Source: Octopus bimaculoides
Lineage: Eukaryota
Reading direction: 5' to 3'
Assembly (NCBI RefSeq): GCF_001194135.2
Contig: NC_068983.1
Coordinates: forward strand, 102,714,371 to 102,778,370
DNA length: 64,000 nt
Part shown: piece by piece, positions 58,537 through 64,000 of the stretch
How positions within the stretch are numbered: position 1 is the stretch's first letter
Layout of the letters: every line of letters starts with the position of its first letter
Translations under genes and position numbers: made by a program
Notes under the pieces: generated by a model
The model's input: only the letters and a program-made list of their open reading frames with translations
The model's database searches: none
Told to the model about the DNA's origin: nothing

Positions 58537-61500
58537 ATAATAATATTAGGGACAAAATCCATGTATGTATGTATGATGGGCTTTACCGCAGTTTCAGTCT
58601 ACTAAATTCACTCATAAGGCATTGTTCGGGTCAGGGCTATAGAAGACATTAGCCCAAAGTGCCACAATGGTATTGAACCCAAAAGTGTGTGGTTGCAAAG
58701 TGAGCTTCTTAAACACACAGCCGTAGAATTCTTGCAAGACTAAATACAAGAAATAGATAAAATAACATTTTGAGTCATTCTTAGATTTAGATTCTGAATT
58801 TAATTTCCACTTCAGCCAATTCTGACATTTTTATCTTCCTGATGTCAATGAAATTAATTTGAATAAAATAACAGTGTCAAGTTATTACTGTTACAAAAAG
58901 ATCTGGAAAACAAATTGTTTTAGATAAATGATTTCCTTTTGTCAGATTATTGTTATCGCTTTATGATATTTTATCATGGGTGTCATTAAATACCATGTGA
59001 AGTAGTGCACCTGGGGAGACAAATACACAGTATTTTATTAAATACAAGCACTCAATGATACAAAATGAAAATCTGATAAACTTTAAAGGAGTAAAAAAAA
59101 ACAGGGTCAAGTGAAATTAGAGATGATCTCCAATAACAGTATTGTATATAATATATAAAATAGGTTTGTGCGTTGCAGTTCAGATGATTTTCTTTGAAAG
59201 AATACTAAAAACAGAAAGCCTAAAAAAGGAATTGATTCTTAATCTATCCTTAATTATTTAATGCACTATACATTAAATAGGATCACATTAACTTAATATA
59301 TAAAATACATAGGTGTGGTTGTGTGGAAAGAAGCTTGCTCACAACCTCATGGTTTTGGGTTCAGTCCCACTGTGTGGTACCTTGGGTGAATGTCTCCTAC
59401 TATAGCCTCGGGCTAACCAAAGCTTTGTAGTGGATTTGGTAGACAGAAACTGAAAGAAGCCCATCGCATATATATCTATATCTATCTCTGTGTGTGTGTC
59501 TTTGTGCCGGAGTTCCCCACCACCACCACCACCACTTAGCAACCATTGTTGGTGTGTTTGTGACCCATAACTTCGCAGTTTGACAAACGAGATTGATTGA
59601 ATAAGTACTAGGCTTCAAAAAAATAATAAGTCTGGGGGGTCAATTTGTCCAACTAAAACCCTTCAAAGTGGTGCCCCAGCATGGCCACTGTCAAAAGACT
59701 GAAATAAGTAAAAAGATAAAAGATGAACATATATTCATTTATTCAAGGCATTCAACGTGAACAGTATGTGGCTTTATTAGATTTATTAATTCATACACAT
59801 TTTTATTTTGAAAATGCTTGCATCTACTATTATTTTAGATTACAGCTAGGTTGTTACTTTTCACTACTAGACAAGGAAACCTAGTTATGAACATTAGTAC
59901 AAGGATTTTTAAACTCTCCCTGAGCAAAGAGATCTTAGATAGAACAGAGCTGTATTATTATAGTCCCTCAGCAAATACTAGGTTCAGAGGTAGGAATGGA
60001 TAGACACCACACTCACCAACCCAATAATAAGCCTTGGGATATAATGTGGTTTGCCACGCCTTTCTCCTCAAAAGTGAAAATATAAGTACAAGATACCTTG
60101 AATTTAAAGATTAATATTTCCCTAGTTGACACAGTTACAGGACTATTTTTAATTTAAAAAAAAATGAATGTGACTTATGGTAGTATCTCTAATAAGCTAC
60201 CGACATCCATATGCAAGAATAATTAATCATGCTCACTGAACCAAGTTTTTAATACTAAAGATGAGGCTGACACTAACTCATCTAAAACAAATGGAAGAAC
60301 TGAGACCAAAAAAATATATAACTGAATGGTTGGAGATTCTTCTAACACCTTCATAAAAGGTTTAGCAGAAGAATCCCCAATATACCTTTAACTAAGGAGA
60401 TCTTTGGCACAACAGCCCCATACTACAATGCGGCCCTGGCCACTAGTAGTTTCAAAGATTGGATTAGTTATATGATTGGCCCAAATCCCATCAAGAAAAA
60501 AAAAAAGCCACCAAAAAGTTATATGGGTCATATCCTTATTTTTCCTTAATGTGTAGGCAGGATCTTCCTTAATTTAGTGGATAAGCATTTCCCCCAAATG
60601 CATAGGTACATAAAAATCTTTAATAGGCATACTTTCTTTTTGCTGTGCACCCAGCATAAAGAAAATAATATTAAATAAACCCAAACCTAGCACAGTGGCA
60701 GGTTGTTCATTCAGAGGTAATCCACATATCCACCAAACAGTCAATGCAATACAGAAACTGCTGAGTATGAAGCAGAGTTAATGCCAAAGTATCCCAGTGG
60801 AATGAAAATTGTGCAGAAAATAGCTCATGGGTGTAATAGAAGGCCCCTTCAGAACTTGGTTCAACAATCACACATACTTTTTTTAATATCAAGGAGAAGC
60901 AAAATGTCACAACTCAAGCAAGACATATATGGACACTGAGGGAAAATGCCATACATTATTATATCAAGTGAAGTTTACTGGAAAAGAGCAATGAAATACA
61001 TATTGTGTTTGGCAAAGTAAAAAAAAAATTGTACTGTAAAACTCACTTCACCCAGGGTCACGGATTGGCTCTATTTTTCCATAGTACTTGGGCAACAGGA
61101 CTAGTGACATTCAAATATCTTGACTATAGACAACACATTGCCTGTGGTCAGGTATCAGCTGTTGCATTTTCCTCACCACTACCACCCCAGTTTGGCCCCC
61201 TATCTGCTGTAACTTTGATAGTAAAACATTAAACTAAATCACCAACACTATTTTGTTTTGCTGCCTACAAGTTCTGAGTTCAAATCCTGCTCAAGACAAC
61301 TAACATTTTAATCCCTTGAAGGTTTGATAGCATAAATATCAGTTTCAAATTCTGGCACAAGGCCATCAATGTCAGGGGAGGGGGTTAGTCGATTACATCG
61401 ACCCCAGTACTAAACTGGTACTTATTTTATCAACCCCAAAAGTATGAAAGGCAAAGTTGACCATGGCAGAATTTGAACTCAGAATATAAATACAGACGAA

Positions 61501-62645
61501 ATGCTGCTAAGCATTTTGTCCAGTGTGTTAACAATTCTGCCAGCTCACTGCCCTTGATAGCATAAATTTCAGCAAGTGAAATAATCAAGTAGGTACATAA
61601 TTTATTGGGCAACTTGCTTGTAGATCATGAGATCAAATTGACTGTTGGTATTTTGTTGTGCATGTTAGTATTGAATTTAATTTAAGACGTCATCTCAATT
61701 CACTAAGCCATCAGTGATAGATATCAGATCACCTGGGAAGACTACCTAAGATAAACAGGTATCCTATACAAAGTGGTTACTTCTTATACATTTTACACTA
61801 AGAAATTAGATTTAAGCATCAAGTCATAACAGTTTATTCCAATTTAGATAACATAGAGGACTACAAAAATTGGTCTTATGTTTATTACAGTGTAACATGT
61901 TTTTTGTCATCAGGTAGCAACTGTTATTTCCTACTTGCTAACCCACTAGAAGGCATGAAAAGTGGCTAATATTTCCTTCAAACTTTGCTTTTGCTACATT
62001 TATTCAAACCCCAAAGAATCCCTCTCGATACATGGCTGTGATGCTCCCCCACTACTTCTGCTCATGATCAGAGATGCACATATTGTCAGCCACTAAGGGA
62101 TGTGCTCAAGCGGTTAAGGTCAAGCAACTGACAAGCAAATCTGTAATACTGAGCAGAATATTTGCTAGAATGATATTTCTGCTTCAGCAACTCAGCACTG
62201 AATCTGTCTGAAACTTAATGGAAAGCAGGTCAGTTTCAAAACATTGATGTCCAGGTCACAAAAGCAAAGTTTGAAAGGAATAGTAGCCATTTCCTACGAT
62301 TTCTAGATAGAAGCAAATTGGAAATAACACTTACTGGCCAAAGACAAAAAAAAAATTAAGTTTGTTACACAGTGTTATTAATAAAATTATCACTAAATAA
62401 AGAATTTTAAAAAACATGATAAATTACCACCATGAAGTAGAACTGACACTGACTTGAACAGTTCGTTTCAAAAACAAATGTCAACTGGCCCAGTTTTACT
62501 CCTTTATCCAAGATAATAGCTTCATTTCCTCGGAAACCAGGTATTTCAAGGACTAGTAAGAGATAACTTCGTTCACCAGGCCCATATTTCGTATGAATGT
62601 AACTCTTAGCAGGTATCCAACTAGAATTTGTAACACATTCAGTTT
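25984..62645 (-). CDS. ELAPOR (KIAA1324-like): ELAPOR/KIAA1324-family (UPF0577) endosome/lysosome membrane protein, 3' half; 13 coding exons, 5' part outside the window
   Basis: Manually spliced exons: 62428-62645, 56622-56689, 56254-56454, 53131-53352, 50897-51035, 46350-46447, 44343-44422, 43152-43185, 34843-35085, 33658-33727, 31067-31149, 28334-28511, 25984-26052. All are AG/GT bounded and every phase joins (1703 nt). Family motifs recalled from human KIAA1324: LTFVFETNC, Cys-rich repeats, [34 protein letters not shown], TM segment then CWKKNKKLEYKY and ELPAAETCA. Confidence 0.93.
28334..28511 (-). CDS. ELAPOR (KIAA1324-like): ELAPOR cytoplasmic exon: LEYKYMMLVESATGEKELPAAETCALDDGEEE...KMGSR
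   Basis: ttttcag acceptor, gtgagt donor; LEYKY and LPAAxxCA motifs. Confidence 0.93.
29848..30237 (-). mobile_element. Penelope-like pseudo-LTR: 45-bp terminal direct repeat with an internal hammerhead fold
   Basis: cttaagtgtggctgacccctaggggtggatgttactgttgctttt occurs at 29848-29892 and 30193-30237; GC-rich; left side runs into an N gap. Confidence 0.7.
29988..30032 (-). ncRNA. Type I hammerhead ribozyme fold, palindromic stem III, U4C core variant
   Basis: Minus strand reads CGAACG-CCGACGA-AGGG aaataa CCCT-GAA-ATCCGGAT-C-CGTTCG. Stems I and II pair perfectly; stem III is an 8-nt palindrome. Confidence 0.8.
31067..31149 (-). CDS. ELAPOR (KIAA1324-like): ELAPOR transmembrane exon: IEIGSMCALSVGLLLLCLVFYCWKKNK
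   Basis: tttcttcttcag acceptor, gtaaga donor; hydrophobic helix followed by WKKNK. Confidence 0.93.
31720..32650 (+). mobile_element. Tc1-like transposon relic with degraded transposase and right TIR
   Basis: Remnants VFSDGAIFH..VNKHNVRIWGKENPH, QQDRAPPH, PPCSPDLTPCDFF; ends tttttgaaacatcctg|TA. Confidence 0.85.
33658..33727 (-). CDS. ELAPOR (KIAA1324-like): ELAPOR exon: HCMIINDEKPTTKKKKCSSIPFA
   Basis: tttttgcag acceptor, gtaaga donor, phases fit. Confidence 0.85.
34843..35085 (-). CDS. ELAPOR (KIAA1324-like): ELAPOR exon: PTAACQDGRETIITLRC...[25 protein letters not shown]...YYPK
   Basis: 243 nt; ORF 34839-35102; hallmark GTCDGCxFHFLW motif. Confidence 0.95.
35786..36550 (+). mobile_element. 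RTE LINE 3' fragment of the same family, spanning a gap
   Basis: YDACVRTTMLHGSETW...LRWYGHVVRMEEDSC...GRGR; same 3' tail. Confidence 0.9.
37416..37718. mobile_element. Foldback MITE with ~100-bp imperfect inverted arms
   Basis: g(a/g)tc(a/g)ttttgacaca...gtgggaaactata.aatg.attccaatgttccccaca..gcagaagcat is present on both strands; internal TGATATAACC-A-GGTTATATCA palindrome. Confidence 0.75.
38276..38693 (-). mobile_element. Solo LTR (418 bp), probably Ty3/gypsy type
   Basis: TGTA...TACA termini; CATG direct repeat at 38272-38275 and 38694-38697; CpG-rich; AATAAA on the minus strand at about 38396-38401. Confidence 0.75.
40016..40717 (+). mobile_element. Tc1/mariner relic, 3' end lost in an assembly gap
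   Basis: TA|CAGGATGCGATGGG start; remnants VMPPFIFPHGLKLNTEAYIKCLEEVVLPW, *QDSAPCHT, WPPNSPD. Confidence 0.8.
42712..42972 (+). mobile_element. tRNA-derived SINE family B (gactttgcctttcatcctttcggggtcgataa core), with an internal 27-bp duplication
   Basis: Other copies ~7790-8100, 18065-18255, 44540-45140, 54860-55020 (+) and ~28730-28950, 57240-57440, 61270-61550 (-). Confidence 0.85.
43152..43185 (-). CDS. ELAPOR (KIAA1324-like): ELAPOR 34-nt exon: (D)EDIHFHYKAE(S)
   Basis: ttgtttcag acceptor, gtgagt donor; needed to keep frame; matches the family DVIFFY segment. Confidence 0.85.
43385..43640 (-). mobile_element. Third copy of the tRNA-head/hammerhead-tail element, with its 5' ~22 nt inverted
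   Basis: Same body as the 46.7-47.2 kb copies; CTGAAGA at 43459-43465, GAAA changed to AAAA; gggcatatggcatagtggttaa at 43619-43640 is flipped. Confidence 0.7.
44343..44422 (-). CDS. ELAPOR (KIAA1324-like): ELAPOR exon: LGEHLVKITSGSNMTKYFEDAGFEPG
   Basis: Strong acceptor (tttctttctttaactcag), gtaagt donor, phase 2 in, phase 1 out. Confidence 0.88.
44880..44987. repeat. Compound trinucleotide microsatellite (ATT)n-(ACT)n-(GCT)n
   Basis: Directly visible; one of many (TA)n, (CA)n, (TACA)n, (ATT)n and (GAT)n tracts, which flank most N gaps. Confidence 0.95.
46350..46447 (-). CDS. ELAPOR (KIAA1324-like): ELAPOR exon: PLGGPRTLSASVCRSTLVPSRDHKSLVSTQPV
   Basis: gctag acceptor, gtatgt donor; matches the family VC...VSSQPVS segment. 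Confidence 0.88.
46731..46997 (-). mobile_element. tRNA-headed SINE-like element with hammerhead-type tail (left arm of inverted pair)
   Basis: Head with A/B boxes, (AAT)n spacer, then gacac CTGATGA aggctg..cagct GAAACGTT gtgct on the minus strand (46773-46816). Confidence 0.75.
47006..47256 (+). mobile_element. tRNA-headed SINE-like element with hammerhead-type tail (right arm of inverted pair)
   Basis: gggcatatggcatagtggttaagagcg...gagttcgattcc head, (aat)n spacer, CTGATGA at 47152-47158, GAAA then a stem III lacking cgt. Confidence 0.75.
47688..47870 (+). mobile_element. RTE 3'-UTR/tail fragment
   Basis: gtcaaatcgtccaacccatgctagcatggaaagc then (gat)n; related degenerate tails near 17270-17560, 17750-17910, 38694-38735 and 63790-64000. 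Confidence 0.75.
49027..49435 (+). mobile_element. tRNA-derived SINE family A, full-length copy
   Basis: gcaggagtggctgtgtggtaag...ggttcattccc head, ttgggcaagtgtcttctactatag body; other copies ~33057-33432, 59308-59722 (+) and ~19080-19640, 21180-21480, 34070-34420, 50290-50480, 58560-58720 (-). Confidence 0.85.
50897..51035 (-). CDS. ELAPOR (KIAA1324-like): ELAPOR exon: [46 protein letters not shown]
   Basis: Pyrimidine tract plus tacag, gtaaaa donor; absent from the ORF track; matches the family FTSKG-YFHHF-LSLCG segment. Confidence 0.92.
52060..52525 (+). mobile_element. Two degenerate non-LTR retrotransposon remnants
   Basis: LWTKPTGRRPSSRPEAKW..W..LGV (RTE-type C-terminus) and FLVDDLKLYAK..RLESGQNKC (RT YxDD-type motif, R2/R4-like). 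Confidence 0.55.
53131..53352 (-). CDS. ELAPOR (KIAA1324-like): ELAPOR exon: Cys-rich repeat CVPCPDGHYIDVNSTKCTPCPPNT...CKPCGPG...YDFESLA
   Basis: 222 nt, tacag acceptor, gtaagt donor. Confidence 0.93.
55925..56065. repeat. Degenerate minisatellite with an ~29-bp unit
   Basis: Recurrent catagtgttgagaaatggacataaaa-like units. Confidence 0.5.
56254..56454 (-). CDS. ELAPOR (KIAA1324-like): ELAPOR exon: FPVLRNGAAKFSWIF...YARIHFIEVTNTISGGAASCQKCPRGTQQD
   Basis: 201 nt, phase 2/2; overlaps ORF 56214-56408. Confidence 0.9.
56622..56689 (-). CDS. ELAPOR (KIAA1324-like): ELAPOR exon: DHQTTRPNVVKKWIGTQQKQKF
   Basis: gacag acceptor, gtaagt donor; phase 0 in, phase 2 out, fitting both neighbours. Confidence 0.85.
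56760..57146 (-). mobile_element. tRNA-derived SINE family C
   Basis: Minus-strand head gtggaggcgcaatggcccagtggttagggcagcggac...ggtttcaattccc; degenerate copy ~45870-46205. Confidence 0.8.
57564..57745. mobile_element. Short MITE with ~32-bp TIRs
   Basis: aacaatatgagagat(c/t)actatatggatccctt inverted at both ends. Confidence 0.75.
62428..62645 (-). CDS. ELAPOR (KIAA1324-like): ELAPOR exon: ..TECVTNSSWIPAKSYIHTKYGPGERSYLLLVLEIPGFRG...GQLTFVFETNCSSQCQFYFMV
   Basis: tgcag acceptor, gtaatt donor, 218 nt open; resembles the family segment ILTLVVPGF...RITFVFETLC. Confidence 0.9.
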
Positions 62646-64000
62646 CTGCAAAAGAAGAATAACAATTAAGGAAAATAGATCACCTTCATTATACTTGTGC
62701 TTATGACTGCATGTACGTATGTGCGTGTGTGTGTGTGTGTGTGCTTGCATGTGTGAGTGTGTTAGTGTTGGGTGTCTACAAATCTCTTTTGTCAAGAGGT
62801 TTACAAGTTCAAAATGTATACATTTCTTATCTTTCATCAGTACTAAGACACAATCACTACACACATCAATAAAAAGGACTTGAACAACACCATTCCTTTT
62901 CATAAATATGGATAACACACAGGTAAAACTCTTAAAGCTGCTACAAATTCTAAGCTTTACAGTATCTGATCAACTAATCATCTATATACTGTGTCTACCC
63001 ATACAGGCACTCCAATGCAGATGAAAACACCTTTTACAACTCATTAACTTACCACATCTTCTGCTAGCCTTACAGTATTTCCATGAACAAAAACTTCATT
63101 CATCTTTTACAATAAAATAACTGTACCCTAACTAACGACAAATGCAAAATCTCACAAACTCTGATGATATTTCATGGCTACATCACATATATAACATTGC
63201 CAAAATAATGTCCTAAAGATTAAACTTTCTCTTTAGGGTCAGAAAGTAGTTCAGCATTGATCAGTTGTGGAGTCTCAAAAGACCCGAGTAGAACCTATAT
63301 AAGAGTTATATCTATCATATCTAAGACAATGTTGTTGTTACACACACAAATATCCAAGACCACATCCAAAAGAAGGCAATCTGACTGATTGTCAAAAACC
63401 TACTAACGTTGTACAACCACTAGCTCAGAAAGACACCATTTTTTACTTTTTATTCTTTCTTCTCCTTCACAATTGTTTCTGCTCCTCTGATCTAGTTAAT
63501 TGCATACCATTTCTACCTCCAACCCATTCCATCTAACTCCCCTCTGTATATTCTTCTTATCACCCATGCTATGTTTCACTCACCTTCCCATATACTACAC
63601 TGAATTCAACACAATCCTTGCTCTTCAAAACTATTGCACTCCTGAACTCCTTCTCTGTCAACATTTTCACAAGTACTATTCCAAAAGGTTCAAATTAAAC
63701 AACAAGCGTTAGCAACCATAGCAGACAGTAGGGGCCTTCAAAACTCATGAGGACAAAATAAAAACACAGAAAAAAGAAATGAATCCTTATGTGCCAATGC
63801 TAGTGTCACATAAAAGCGTTTGTGCCAGTGTCACCTAAAAGCACTTGTGCTGGTGCCATGTAGAAAACGTCCATGCCAGTGCCACATAAAAGCACCTATG
63901 CCAGTACCACGTTAACAGTACCCAGTACACTCTATAAAGTGGTTTGCATTAGTAAGGGCATCAAGCCATAGAAGCCATGCCAAGACAAACAAAATAGAGC

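Noticed and set aside
63046-63120. gtaagt donor-like site as a possible further upstream ELAPOR exon
   Set aside because: The phase-compatible frame does not resemble the expected family sequence and has no good acceptor.
1-64000. CRISPR arrays, operons or prokaryotic defence systems
   Set aside because: The DNA is spliceosomal and eukaryotic; its short repeats are microsatellites or TE parts without unique spacers.

Overview
AT-rich, microsatellite-dense, gapped eukaryotic genomic DNA. The SINE/RTE/Tc1 repertoire and (TA)n/(CA)n/(TACA)n-flanked gaps suggest a coleoid cephalopod such as Octopus (inference). The main gene is on the minus strand: the 3' half of an ELAPOR/KIAA1324-family type I membrane protein. 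I reconstructed 13 coding exons (62645 down to 25984) with GT-AG boundaries and consistent phases, about 566 aa to the stop; the 5' half lies beyond the window end. Introns and flanks hold tRNA-derived SINEs, RTE LINE fragments, Tc1/mariner relics, piggyBac-type and foldback MITEs, and a solo LTR with a 4-bp TSD. The most unusual signal is hammerhead-ribozyme folds with palindromic stem III (dimer type) in two, possibly three, repeat families: a Penelope-type pseudo-LTR (~30.0 kb), a tRNA-headed SINE-like element (43.4 kb, plus a head-to-head pair at 46.7-47.2 kb), and a degenerate candidate at 19.4 kb. Nearly all ORF-track entries are microsatellite or gap artefacts. No CRISPR array, rRNA or genuine tRNA gene was seen.
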